Positions 17,313 to 26,728 of a stretch of 42,602 nt of DNA are shown piece by piece (position 1 is the stretch's first letter; the number at the start of each line of letters is the position of its first letter). The DNA lies in the UHGV virus genome UHGV-0263785. One strand, 5' to 3'. The stretch is from a virus. Made by a program: the position numbers and the translations under genes. The notes beneath the pieces were generated by a model. It searched no databases and was not told the origin of the DNA. It saw only the letters and a list, made by a program, of their open reading frames with translations.

Positions 17313-18876
17313 CAGTTACCTCCCCAGCCGTTATCGTTGGTATTTGAGGGGTGAGATACAGACCATGACGGTTCGCTCAGCCCCATTTCACGCCGGCGCT
17401 GAATTTCGTATTCCTGCTGCTCCATAACCTCCTCGTAATCCTGTCCCTGCAGCGCCAGTTCGTTCTGATACGTGCTGAGGCCAGTTGTGATGCGCATGGC
17501 GCTCTCCTGAACCTCTTTCAGCCCATCAATCGCCATGCGACCAGCGCCGATCCAGAGCGCGTTCGTCCAGGAGTTCCGCGCCTCATAAAACGACCGGACA
17601 GCTGAGCGTGGCAGGGTGATAATTCCGCGTGCCAGCGCCTCTTCAAACCAGCAGCAGAACATCAGCGACGCCTGTCGCGCGGCGATAAAACGTCGACGCC
17701 CCATGAAAAATCGCCAGCTGACGTTAGCACTGGCCCGGGCGCTGGAGTAACTGACCTGGCTGTAGTCCCGGCTAAGTTCTTCGTATGACGCGCCAACGCC
17801 AGCTGCAACGTAACGCAGGAGTGATTTTTCCAGTGAACTAAAACCAGCATCAGCATTCTGAGCGGTCTGTAAACTGAGTTTGTCGCCGGGATGCAGGTGG
17901 GGAACTTTCACACCACCGAGCTTGATATTTGCGCCGTTGTAGTACGTCACGTAACTCTGAATAAACGAATTCAGCGGGTTCGAGTCGATATCAGTACCCG
18001 CGCCGGCGATATATTCAAACGCCTGCTGGCTGTCGAGCTCTGATTCGATTGTCGCGGCATACATCGCCATGATGATCCGCGAGGGCGTGGCTACTCACGC
18101 TTTCAACGGTGAAACCTGCGTACAACCAGTCTGGGAGAGTAGTGCCGGCAGCGTTTTTCGGACGCGATTCAAAATGGTCTCACCGAAACGGATTCGAAAT
18201 CCGGGTTACGCAGCTGACACTCAATTTCGCCGCGCCGGTGTTGATATCGATAAAAACGGGGCCGCGGTCGGGTACTGGATAGCCGAGGATACTTACCCTC
18301 TCGGCGGAGTCGGTAAATGCCGGCGTATCCCAGCACAGCTCAGCAGCGGCAGACACGCATTCATCCACATATTCGAGCCGCTCGAGGACGGACAGACCCG
18401 CGGGGACAATATTTTTTACAGCGTCATGGAGCGCCTGAAAATGCTCGACACACTGCAGCAAACACAACTGCAGAGCGCCATTGTGAAGGCGATGTATGCC
18501 GCGACAATGTGCAGTGAGGGTCCTCGGCGTATTCAGTCCACGCTACCTCGACGTCACGCGCCAGCGCCCTGGCGTCCTCGCGAGATATGCCGAGGTAACG
18601 CCAGTTAGGGCGATAACTCAACTTAAACAGATTGCCGACGATATGATCCTGGTGCAGCTGCACGGCGTTCGACGCGACGCCGTTATTGCGAACGAGATCG
18701 TCTGCTCGCGCGTTACCGCGATAAAAATTCGGCAACAGTGCTGCGTCGGCGCTCTGCTGTGGTGCGTTCCAGTCAATCAGCTGGCCACCGAAACCGGGAC
18801 CGCCGCCGTTATACCCCGCGTAACGGCGTAGTGGCGTTTTACCGTCAGGCCCGAGCAGCTGCTGCGGAGCAGTCAT
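17312..18876 (-). pseudogene. Portal protein gene (lambda gpB family) interrupted by an internal inverted block
   Basis: N-terminal part on the minus strand (18876 to about 18509: ..LLGPDGKT..YAGYNGGGPGFGGQL..RGNARADDLVRNNG..LHQDHIVG..), middle part on the PLUS strand (18069-18487: MMIREGVATHAF...FIHIFEPLEDGQTRGDNIFYSVMERLKMLDTLQQTQLQSAIVK) and C-terminal part on the minus strand (18067-17312: AMYAATIESELD...GRMAIDGLKEVQES..). Confidence 0.8.
18048..18508. repeat. Perfect 21-bp inverted repeat (18048-18068 attgtcgcggcatacatcgcc; reverse complement at 18488-18508) bracketing the inverted portal block
   Basis: Read directly; neighbouring bases do not extend the repeat. Confidence 0.85.
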
Positions 18877-19106
18877 AATCGAACTCCCACGGGCCGACGG
18901 CGTCCCGTACTCAGACCGAGCTGTGATTTCAGCTCGATAATGTACGTTCGGAGCTGCTCAATACTCGCCTGCGAGTATTGATAGCTCCGGTTATTTCCTG
19001 CTGAATCGCCGTGAGACAGCGACACGGTCGATTTACCCGTTAATAATTTGTGCAGAGCGATTTCCGCTTCCAGCAGTCGTTCTGTTAAAACCTCGCGCGA
19101 CGTCAT
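18873..19106 (-). CDS. Head-tail joining protein (lambda gpW-like)
   Basis: 77 aa between terminase large subunit and portal; ..LHKLLTGK....YIIELKSQ.. resembles lambda W. Confidence 0.7.
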   Translation of the reverse strand: MTSREVLTERLLEAEIALHKLLTGKSTVSLSHGDSAGNNRSYQYSQASIEQLRTYIIELKSQLGLSTGRRRPVGVRL

Positions 19107-21067
19107 TAGCTCCCTCCGAGCATTCTGGCCATCTCCTCGAGAGACAGTTTGTTTTGTGATTTTTTCCGTTGCTCAGCGAGCGTCTCGAGATTGAGCTGGA
19201 AACGAATTTTACTGATACGCAGCGCTGCCAGTCCGTACACCCAGCAGTCGAGCGCCTCATTTCGCCGGCCCTGGTTGTCCCAACGATAAACGACGCGACC
19301 GTTAATGAGTTTCGGGATCAGAACCTCGGAGACGAGCTGTTTTGCCTCTGTCGTGCTGAATATTTCGTCGTCGTTGGGAAAATGAATCGCACCTGGTGTC
19401 GCCGATTTGGAGTCGGGTTCCAGCTGCAGGCGCATTGCGAGCAGGTCTTTCGCTGTATCTGTCCCAATCAACGACAAATACACTTTATTCGCGTTACGGG
19501 TACGAGGCATATTTACGACCGGCTGGCCGTATGAGCTCGCGCCCTTGATTGGAATGACCCACAGCGGACCGAGTTTCAGCGAGCGGTTATAAACGACCTG
19601 CGCATCTATACCACCGGTATCCCACGCCCAGCGACTGACGCCGATTGTGGTCCCGTCGCTGCGCCGGTATTGTTTGCGAATCACTCCGTCGACGCGCTGC
19701 AGCGTGTCCTCCTCGTCGTAGCGACCGAGGACGATTGTTTTATCAATCAGCCAGCACTCCTCCTCGGCTCCCCAGCCCCACACATAACACTCGTAGCGCC
19801 CGGACGTCTGAGAGTCGATGCCGCCGGTTATATAAACAACACCGTCAGGAACCTGGCTGGCGTATTTTTCCCGGCGATTAACCAGAATATCGTGCTCCAG
19901 CTGCTCGCTGGCCACGTCGCTCCAGAGTTCGCCGAGCGTCGTGTTATGAAACGTCTTTTCCTTGAGCGGGTCGCCTTTCGCTTTCAGCCACTCGCTGACA
20001 ATCTCGCCCCATCCATCGAGGTTTAGTGAATACAGGGCGTTTATCACGATCGCAGCGTGTTTCGGCGCGCGAACGACGCCACCGTCATGATCAAAAAAAT
20101 GAATGCCGTCTCGGGTCCAGGTGCAGTCCTCGGCTATCCAGCGCCCCCCGAACTCCATTTTTTCGAGATCGCGATAGTAAAAATGTTCCGGGCAGTGGCA
20201 GCACTGGTAATACGCGGACGACGATTTCGCCTCATTGGTCTGCAGGCTGTTATCCCATTTGAGGCCGTATTCGATACCGTCGAAACCAAATACCAGGACC
20301 TGCTCCTCGCCACAATGCGGACATGTCAGGTAAAAACGAAACGTCAGATCGGCAGCGTCTTCGAGCATTTCGATATGACTTTTGCCGGTAACGGTCGGCG
20401 TCGAACCAAAAATCGCCTTCGGGTACGCTGCCCCTTTAATTCGAACGAGCGCCAGTTCGATGGGCGAGCCCTCGCCTTTGCCTTTTTTGGCAACTTCCAG
20501 CGGCCAGCCGTCAACTTCGTCACCCTCGACAACCTGTTTCGTTAGTCGCCGGAAATTTCCTGGTGCACTCGCGCCGCGAAAATCAAGAATCGCGCCGCTC
20601 ATTTCTTTACGCTGGAGATTGTTACGCTCGTTGCTTTTATCCCAGTCGGGGAAAATTTTCTGAATCACTGGCATTTCGGCGATAGCGGGGTCAACCTCGT
20701 CGGCGACAAATCCATCCGATTCGTCATCGATAGGCTGATAGACCACGGCACTACGTTTTTTGTGCTCAGCGAAATAGAGCAGCGCCGCGACGAGTATTTT
20801 TGTATAACCGAGACGAGCTGATTTGCGAACAGACACGATTTTTATCGCGTCGTTCGTCATCATATTGAGCATCACTACCTGGACCGGCTGAGTCGTCCAG
20901 TGCCCAGCGATGTGGCTGGAGCCCTCAGGGAGATAAAAATATTTATCAGCCCACTCAACACCCGTCATCGGTATCGTCACGCGCAAGGGATTCAACCCTG
21001 TCGAGATCGCGTTCGATATCGCTGACATCGTAATCGCTGAAGTCGATTCGTATGTCTGACAACTCAT
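19106..21067 (-). CDS. Terminase large subunit (lambda gpA family)
   Basis: 653 aa; blocks VEWADKYFYLP, CPHCGEEQ, NTTLGE, GIDSQ, RYECYVWGWG, WLIDKTI, WDTGGID, IPIKGAS, RNEALDCWVYGLAALRIS match lambda A as I recall it. Confidence 0.9.
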   Translation of the reverse strand: MSCQTYESTSAITMSAISNAISTGLNPLRVTIPMTGVEWADKYFYLPEGSSHIAGHWTTQPVQVVMLNMMTNDAIKIVSVRKSARLGYTKILVAALLYFAEHKKRSAVVYQPIDDESDGFVADEVDPAIAEMPVIQKIFPDWDKSNERNNLQRKEMSGAILDFRGASAPGNFRRLTKQVVEGDEVDGWPLEVAKKGKGEGSPIELALVRIKGAAYPKAIFGSTPTVTGKSHIEMLEDAADLTFRFYLTCPHCGEEQVLVFGFDGIEYGLKWDNSLQTNEAKSSSAYYQCCHCPEHFYYRDLEKMEFGGRWIAEDCTWTRDGIHFFDHDGGVVRAPKHAAIVINALYSLNLDGWGEIVSEWLKAKGDPLKEKTFHNTTLGELWSDVASEQLEHDILVNRREKYASQVPDGVVYITGGIDSQTSGRYECYVWGWGAEEECWLIDKTIVLGRYDEEDTLQRVDGVIRKQYRRSDGTTIGVSRWAWDTGGIDAQVVYNRSLKLGPLWVIPIKGASSYGQPVVNMPRTRNANKVYLSLIGTDTAKDLLAMRLQLEPDSKSATPGAIHFPNDDEIFSTTEAKQLVSEVLIPKLINGRVVYRWDNQGRRNEALDCWVYGLAALRISKIRFQLNLETLAEQRKKSQNKLSLEEMARMLGGS

Positions 21068-21521
21068 TTAAGGCTATCGCCAGCTCCTCTCGTAATACAC
21101 TGCTCGCCTCTTGCGGCATCTCCGGCCAGACCTTTTTCAGGCGTGGTGGCCACGACTCGACGCGGGTACGTAATTCAACGGCGACGCGAGATACAGCGAC
21201 GCTAATTAATTCAATTGGCGCGTAGCGTTTAGCGAGAATGCGGCGTTTTACTCGTGCCATCAGGATTCGCTCCTGTCGTTCCTCATTTTTCAGCCACTGC
21301 TCGCGATTTTTTTCGGGAGAATTGTCCCCCGCTTCCGGTTCGTCATTACTAGTTGTGTCGCGTCTATTGCTCCGGAGATAACGAATATAAAAATGGCGCC
21401 ATGCGTCTAGCTCCCAATCACCACGTCCTTGTGGGACTGGTGCTCCCGGAAGTTTTGCGAGATCGCGCAGACGACGATCAGATAGCAGTAAATGTGCTGC
21501 AACCTCAGCCTGACTTGCCAT
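20955..21521 (-). CDS. Putative terminase small subunit
   Basis: 188-aa ORF immediately upstream of and overlapping the terminase large subunit gene; ATG start. Confidence 0.55.
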   Translation of the reverse strand: MASQAEVAAHLLLSDRRLRDLAKLPGAPVPQGRGDWELDAWRHFYIRYLRSNRRDTTSNDEPEAGDNSPEKNREQWLKNEERQERILMARVKRRILAKRYAPIELISVAVSRVAVELRTRVESWPPRLKKVWPEMPQEASSVLREELAIALNELSDIRIDFSDYDVSDIERDLDRVESLARDDTDDGC

Positions 21522-21874
21522 TAAAAATCCTCACCGGAACCGGAAATACCCAAAATGAAAAAATACTAAAAACGAGCGAGTTTTTGCGCGTCTACCGACC
21601 CTCGGTGTTTTGGATTTCGGAAAGGACCCGCGACCAGGGGGCTATCTCCCTTTCAGGACAGGAATTAGGGGCTCGCATCAGGTTCATCAAACTCAACTGT
21701 AGCCTCGCGGCGTACTTGTTTGCATACATCAGCTTTGTGTATCTGATTATCAGCGTAAGCTTTCACTTTGGCAGCGAGCCATCCTTTTGTGCTGTATCGA
21801 TAGACTACCGAACAAGTTTTCCATATATGTATATATCTTGAACTTATTGATATCATTACAGAAAAACAACAACC

Positions 21875-22135
21875 ATGAGAACGCAAAAAATGAACAGAGA
21901 AAAAATTGAAGCCTTAATGAGCGTAATATTAAAAGAAGCTGACCCAAAAAAGTTTCCTGAGAAGTTATCAGAGGACGCCATCGTATCTTTTTATCGTGCG
22001 AACTCCTCTTATCTAAATTGTTCAACTTTAAGAGAATGGCTAAGCGGCGAAGCAGAGCCTTCAGATGAGATACTTCAGAAGATTATGGTTCAGAACAACT
22101 GGCGCGCAACAAAATGGTCAAATCAGTTACCTTAA
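21875..22135 (+). CDS. Hypothetical protein (opposite orientation to flanking late genes)
   Basis: 86-aa ORF followed by a hairpin; no motif recognised. Confidence 0.3.
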   Translation: MRTQKMNREKIEALMSVILKEADPKKFPEKLSEDAIVSFYRANSSYLNCSTLREWLSGEAEPSDEILQKIMVQNNWRATKWSNQLP

Positions 22136-22150
22136 TCTGTTGAATGTGTG

Positions 22151-22172
22151 CCGCCTTAAAACAAAAAGGCGG
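22151..22172. terminator. Hairpin (ccgcctt-aaaacaaa-aaggcgg) between convergent genes; possible bidirectional terminator
   Basis: Inverted repeat between the + ORF ending at 22135 and the minus ORF ending at 22195. Confidence 0.35.
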
Positions 22173-22194
22173 CCTCTCGTTAAAGTAAATTACC

Positions 22195-22389
22195 CTATTT
22201 TCCACCAAGGCATGAAGCCTCTGCCCCGGTTGAATCAATACAACCACCGTTCGCAGTAGTAATCTTCGTACCCGGCGCGATCATCACGTGTTTAATACTG
22301 CTGCCGTCAGCGCGAGTCGCTTCGGTGTATGTCGAATGTGTGCAGCCTGCCAGCGTGAAGAACGCGACAGCTAAGAGAAGTTTTTTCAC
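22195..22389 (-). CDS. Small lipoprotein at end of lysis cassette (possible o-spanin-like)
   Basis: 64 aa; signal peptide plus lipobox (FTLAGC|T); two Cys in the mature part; directly downstream of endolysin. Confidence 0.45.
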   Translation of the reverse strand: MKKLLLAVAFFTLAGCTHSTYTEATRADGSSIKHVMIAPGTKITTANGGCIDSTGAEASCLGGK

Positions 22390-22396
22390 GTTTTAC

Positions 22397-22876
22397 CTAC
22401 GCTTCTGAGATAGATTTCTCAGCATTCACCAATGGAAGTGATTGTGGAACATCCGTTTGACCTGCTGGCCAGCGGTAGCCTGTTACGCGGGAACGAGGAA
22501 AAGCTTTGATATTTACTTCATCTGCCTGGTTGCCCCCCAAAATCATTAAATCCCCGGCGGCATTTTTCCCGACAACAAAGCCGACGTGACCACCGCCAGA
22601 CCGAGACAGAATAGCAATGCATCCATAGGCGGGTTCCTTCAGTTCATTACCCCAATCGAGATAAGAATTCGCAGACTCAAAACGCGTTGAGCGAATACCC
22701 GCACGTTCCAGCATTGCCCCGGTGAAAGCAGCGCACCACGGTGTTTCGTCATCCTTAATGCCGCCGCGTTTGATATCTTTCCAGTACTGCACAATTTCTG
22801 CAGCATGTTGCTTCCCTTTCATTTCCCGAATGCCGAGGTTTTTTCGAGCCTCGATTAGCCATTTAGGATCCGTCAT
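22397..22876 (-). CDS. Endolysin, Cys/His peptidase type (CHAP / NlpC-P60-like)
   Basis: 159 aa; conserved-looking ..TPWCAAF.. and ..GGGHVGFVVG.. motifs; located between holin-like genes and the lipoprotein, downstream of Q. Confidence 0.6.
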   Translation of the reverse strand: MTDPKWLIEARKNLGIREMKGKQHAAEIVQYWKDIKRGGIKDDETPWCAAFTGAMLERAGIRSTRFESANSYLDWGNELKEPAYGCIAILSRSGGGHVGFVVGKNAAGDLMILGGNQADEVNIKAFPRSRVTGYRWPAGQTDVPQSLPLVNAEKSISEA

Positions 22877-23148
22877 TACCTGTCTCCTGTTATTTTTGAA
22901 ATATTCCCTCGTGCCCGCCAGACAGCAATACAGATGGTGAGGTTGAGAAAGAACTCTGCGGGATCAACCTGCGTATATTTCCCGTAAAAAATTCGTAGGG
23001 CTATCCACGCAGCAGACAGAATCGCGAGGTAAGCAGTTAGTGAGATGAAAAAACGATAGCGGCCTGTTTTTTGAAAAAACATCAACCGTAGTGCCAACAT
23101 CAGACAAATAATTGCATTGGCATTGATGAGGACAGAGTGCAGGGTCAT
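22876..23148 (-). CDS. Small membrane protein, holin/antiholin-like
   Basis: 90 aa with about three hydrophobic helices, lysis-cassette position. Confidence 0.4.
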   Translation of the reverse strand: MTLHSVLINANAIICLMLALRLMFFQKTGRYRFFISLTAYLAILSAAWIALRIFYGKYTQVDPAEFFLNLTICIAVWRARGNISKITGDR

Positions 23149-23531
23149 TATTTCATCCCCTTATCTGATTTCCATAAACGAGCTTGTGACATGATCCGCA
23201 ACAGTGATGTAACGCTGATTACTGATGCAACCAGTGCACCAATGGCGGGAGAGACTTTTACTGTTACGGGAGGGTTCAGGTGACTCAGCACCGCGTTCAG
23301 AATACCGGTAATGATGGCTGACGCTGTCTCAGCGCAATACACACCGCCAACAAACGAAATGAGTGCGAAAATAACCTGCTTCCAGAATCGATGCTGCCCG
23401 GACGACAACACATAGAGAGCTGCGCCTGCCAGCGCACAGATCATCACTGCAGGTGTTGCCTCAGGAAATAACGCAGCAAACGTCACCCCCGCCGAGCCAG
23501 CAGCAACGCCAGCGGTTAGAGGTTCAGACAT
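23148..23531 (-). CDS. Putative holin
   Basis: Multi-TM small protein, first gene after Q; the listed ORF starts at TTG (23612), so the ATG at 23531 with upstream AGGAAAAA is the more plausible start. Confidence 0.45.
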   Translation of the reverse strand: MSEPLTAGVAAGSAGVTFAALFPEATPAVMICALAGAALYVLSSGQHRFWKQVIFALISFVGGVYCAETASAIITGILNAVLSHLNPPVTVKVSPAIGALVASVISVTSLLRIMSQARLWKSDKGMK

Positions 23532-23550
23532 GATTTTTCCTGATTCAGAA

Positions 23551-23575
23551 ACGACAAAACCCCGCCGTGGCGAGG
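23551..23575 (-). terminator. tR'-like hairpin plus U-tract in the Q-to-holin leader
   Basis: Minus-strand reading cctcgcc-acg-ggcgggg followed by TTTTGTCGTTTC. Confidence 0.3.
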
Positions 23576-23643
23576 TTCTTAGAAATTTGGCAACATACCA
23601 AATTAGCGTCAAATATGGCCTATTTTGTTCGTTTTTGCAAGCA
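23576..23643 (-). promoter_or_regulatory. Candidate Q-dependent late promoter region (TATAAT-like -10 on the minus strand)
   Basis: Minus-strand reading contains TTGCGTATAATGC just downstream of the Q stop. Confidence 0.3.
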
Positions 23644-24315
23644 TTATACGCAAACGTCGTCTAAATGGTTCTGATAATGATGCAAAGTTGCAAGAAGTGC
23701 CACTTCATCAAGTGCTCTCACCGCCTCTTTCATTCCTACCCAGTGCAGGGAGTATGTTTCGCACCAGGTGGAACGAGAAACCGACAGCATTCCTGCTAGG
23801 GTAGATCCGGCCATCTCCTTAAAATCCTCGCGTTTATTTGCTGCTGCGACCGCCTGCACGGACAACCACACCAACGAAAGCAGGCGCTTAACTACTTTTC
23901 TCTGAGTTGACGCGGGGATGTTTCCTTTATAGCGACTCCAGACAGCCTCACAAATAGCTGTTTGGTGTTTGAATGCCAGGTTACCACCGTAGCAATAACG
24001 CAACCACGCTTGCTGACTTGCATCCAGCGAGTTCACAGAACGCCGCCAGGATGAATCAGCAAATTCAAAATCACTCATCGGCGGCGCGGGGCGACGTCTG
24101 CTGAAACTTTCCAGAGCGTAAACTGGCGTAACCAGAGCATCAACGGTCCGGTCCTCCAGCTGCACACGGTGAATATGTTTGCGTGGGTATGCGTTTTTGT
24201 CTGCCGGTGGGTGCTCACACAATGCTTCCAGTTGCCCCTTAGAACCACCAGACAAATCCCGCAATGCAGCGCGCAGTTTTATGCGGGTATATTCCAATAA
24301 ATACTCGTTACTCAT
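23644..24315 (-). CDS. Putative late antiterminator (Q-like)
   Basis: 223 aa, immediately upstream of the lysis cassette and downstream of nin-type genes; assignment is largely positional. Confidence 0.5.
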   Translation of the reverse strand: MSNEYLLEYTRIKLRAALRDLSGGSKGQLEALCEHPPADKNAYPRKHIHRVQLEDRTVDALVTPVYALESFSRRRPAPPMSDFEFADSSWRRSVNSLDASQQAWLRYCYGGNLAFKHQTAICEAVWSRYKGNIPASTQRKVVKRLLSLVWLSVQAVAAANKREDFKEMAGSTLAGMLSVSRSTWCETYSLHWVGMKEAVRALDEVALLATLHHYQNHLDDVCV

Positions 24316-24608
24316 CAGATAAACTCCTCATCGCGCCAGATAGCCAGTGTTCTGAAAACTCCCTCAGCGTGCATCAACAACAATGAGTCGTGCTCGTAAT
24401 CCGTTTTTGTACGTCCGTCGATGGCATCGTGACACGCACTGCAGGCGATAGCGCCCTGCATATCGTGAGGTTTGATGGCTGTGCCGCACGTTCCGGCGAG
24501 ACGATAATGAGCCAGTACGCTGGTTTCAGGATTGTGATTGCACACACCGGGGATACGCACAGTACAAGCGCGACTGCGTGCAGCTTTTCTCAGGTCGATT
24601 TTTTTCAT
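24315..24608 (-). CDS. YbcO-like (DUF1364) Cys-rich nin-region protein
   Basis: 97 aa; ..LRKAARSRACTVRIPGVCNHNPETSVLAH.RL.G.CGT..KP.D...IACSACHD.ID.. closely parallels DLP12 YbcO as I recall it. Confidence 0.65.
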   Translation of the reverse strand: MKKIDLRKAARSRACTVRIPGVCNHNPETSVLAHYRLAGTCGTAIKPHDMQGAIACSACHDAIDGRTKTDYEHDSLLLMHAEGVFRTLAIWRDEEFI

Positions 24609-25201
24609 GATGTGTAATCCAGCAGCTGCGCGGCGGCATTTTCAGCGGCCTCCTGAGAGGCAAATGTGCGGAACAAAATATAATTCCACAGCACATCTAA
24701 AACGGCTGAATACAGTTGACCGAACTCAAGATCGTCCATCGCTGCAAACGAGATTGAACGAGGTACGCGCATCAAACTGCCGTCTGGCATCTGATGAACG
24801 TCATAAAACCCAGCTTCCATAATCGCCCATGCGCGAAACGCCTCGAACGACTTCACCGCACTGATACTCCCCGCGCGCTTTTCCGACTCATCGAGAAGAT
24901 ACTGATCAGCCAGCTCTGCCATGACATCACCGTGTCCACCGTAATACGCCAGTAACTTAACGTAGCCGTGAACCAGTTCGCGCTCCGCAGGAGAAATAGC
25001 CCCTCCGGACGGATGCCAGTAATCAAAGCCCAGGTTGAGAAGTGAGAAAAATTTACGATGAAACGCGGGATTACGCGCCTGTTTGAAATCTGCATACACA
25101 ACAGCACCTGGTTTGACTCGTTCAGTCAACCAGCGTTGCGTGTCTGGTGTCGCGGGTATTAGCGAACCGCCGGATACCCTGATAAATGAATGCTGCGCCA
25201 T
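24605..25201 (-). CDS. nin-region protein, possibly NinB-like
   Basis: 198 aa; weak resemblance to the NinB core pattern; low-confidence family call. Confidence 0.3.
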   Translation of the reverse strand: MAQHSFIRVSGGSLIPATPDTQRWLTERVKPGAVVYADFKQARNPAFHRKFFSLLNLGFDYWHPSGGAISPAERELVHGYVKLLAYYGGHGDVMAELADQYLLDESEKRAGSISAVKSFEAFRAWAIMEAGFYDVHQMPDGSLMRVPRSISFAAMDDLEFGQLYSAVLDVLWNYILFRTFASQEAAENAAAQLLDYTS

Positions 25202-25278
25202 GGTTAACTCCAGGTGGCGCGGCAGTGTTCAGAAAATGGTGCCGGGTGTTCAATCCAGCACCGATATTATACCGTGTT

Positions 25279-25479
25279 TTACGCGTCAGGGGGTGTAATA
25301 GTATATCCAGCTATTTCTGCCAACTCGAGAAACGCCATCAGGCTGGCAATCCGCTCATCATCGGTCAGAACACGCACACCAACGATGTGTCCGTCCTTAC
25401 GCTTGATAACAGCCCGGCATGTTTCCGGTAGTTCGCCTATAGATTCTTGAATATTCATGTCTTCCCCCCAATGCCACAA
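25279..25479 (-). CDS. Hypothetical small protein
   Basis: 66-aa ORF in the operon direction. Confidence 0.3.
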   Translation of the reverse strand: MWHWGEDMNIQESIGELPETCRAVIKRKDGHIVGVRVLTDDERIASLMAFLELAEIAGYTITPPDA

Positions 25480-25609
25480 CCTGTATATTTATACAGTATT
25501 TTATGGCATTTGTCATAACGCCAAATACAATGAGGGAATAATGAACAATTATATTCACGTCGTGAATTTTATTAAACGGTTTTATAGGGGATTAAACCGT
25601 TTATGGTCA

Positions 25610-26250
25610 TTATTTATCACTCCTGTAAATTGGAATTAACCATTTTCTAATCGTCGACGCTGCAGGTGGGTCAGAGTATTTCGCCACAAAAATACCGGAT
25701 ATGTATTGCACGCCACGCGATAATGGCGCTGTCGGGTTTTCAGTAAAAAAACGATCAGCCAGTTCAATGGCTTCGCTTTTTAATCTGTGCTGTGGTCGTC
25801 CTCCGCCCTTTGTTCCCAGGTATCGCGCCAGTTGTTTGAAACGGTAGGCGATGATTAACGGTCGCATCATCATATTGAAAAAATCGCGGGCATCGTTGTC
25901 AGCGCCTTGCGCTATCAACAGTGCAAAAAACAGATACGGGATTATGTACACTTCAGGAGATATACGAACCCGTTCACAAGTTGGTGGAGCCAACTCAATA
26001 AGTAAGTCAGCCAGCGGATTCCCCTTTTCTCCACGTTTGTAATAGCGATACAGCGGCCCGATATCAAGTTCACTCACGTCGATTTCAGGATGCCCGGCAA
26101 CGACTGTACGTATCTCTTCTGCCAGAGCGTCAAATATTGCCCCGGTCCGTTCAAGATAGAGCCTCCGGGTCGAACCGCGATCATCCAACGCCCGTAACAT
26201 ATCTAACCGGCTAACGAAAGTTTCAGGCCAGTCCTCATAGAAGGTTTTCA
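25610..26250 (-). CDS. Hypothetical protein
   Basis: The listed ORF starts at GTG (26287); the ATG at 26250 (MKTFYEDW) is preceded by GAGGT. Confidence 0.4.
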
Positions 26251-26494
26251 TAATTACCTCGAATAATAAAAACTGCACTATTTGCACAATTTATTATTCG
26301 TTTTCACGCCGCTGAGTTCTATAAAAAAGAAAAAACCTCCGAGGCAGGGTTTTGTTATGGCTCGTTAAATCATCATCCAACTTTTTAGACTGAACGGTGA
26401 TACTTGCAAATATTTGAAAATATGGGCTGGAACCCTATCTTATGATGTGCCTGGTAATTTATATTGTTGGGTCTTTATATCATGAGGAATCACT

Positions 26495-26728
26495 ATGGGT
26501 ACGTTAGGCAACCAGCCGTGCAGAAGTCGTTATGAGTTCGATGATTTTAATTTAGCCAATCGAGCTGCGGCTCTTACTAAGTTAGCAAAAGAAACTGGTG
26601 TATCGGTGGATACCTTAATCAAACTTGAAATTGCTATGCAACTGAATCGGCTCAACTCCATCCTTATCGAAAACGGTGACAAGATGGACGAGAATCTGGC
26701 AGGTATTGGCGAGATACTGCAGAAGTGA
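26495..26728 (+). CDS. Hypothetical small protein, possible HTH (..LAKETGVSVDTLIKLE..)
   Basis: 77-aa ORF at the edge of the AT-rich island, about 400 bp upstream of the ImmA-like gene. Confidence 0.3.
   Translation: MGTLGNQPCRSRYEFDDFNLANRAAALTKLAKETGVSVDTLIKLEIAMQLNRLNSILIENGDKMDENLAGIGEILQK

Noticed and set aside
17312-18876. Portal block as a clean, reversible invertible switch between the two 21-bp repeats
   Set aside because: My frame arithmetic shows that inverting only the sequence between the repeats, or that sequence plus either repeat copy, always leaves a stop at one junction; an intact gene needs the right-hand repeat copy to be extra. A functional on/off switch is therefore not supported, though read-level data could change this.
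16114-20545. Many plus-strand ORFs of 60-160 aa inside the head and terminase region (for example 16114-16467, 16365-16760, 19169-19534, 19670-20026, 20057-20545)
   Set aside because: Each lies entirely within a well-supported minus-strand gene with strong homology blocks; they are shadow ORFs typical of GC-rich coding DNA. The one exception is 18069-18608, which is the inverted portal segment.
21522-21874. cos site upstream of the small terminase gene
   Set aside because: The region is a plausible location, but I could not identify a lambda-like cosN sequence or symmetric nicking site by eye; left unannotated.
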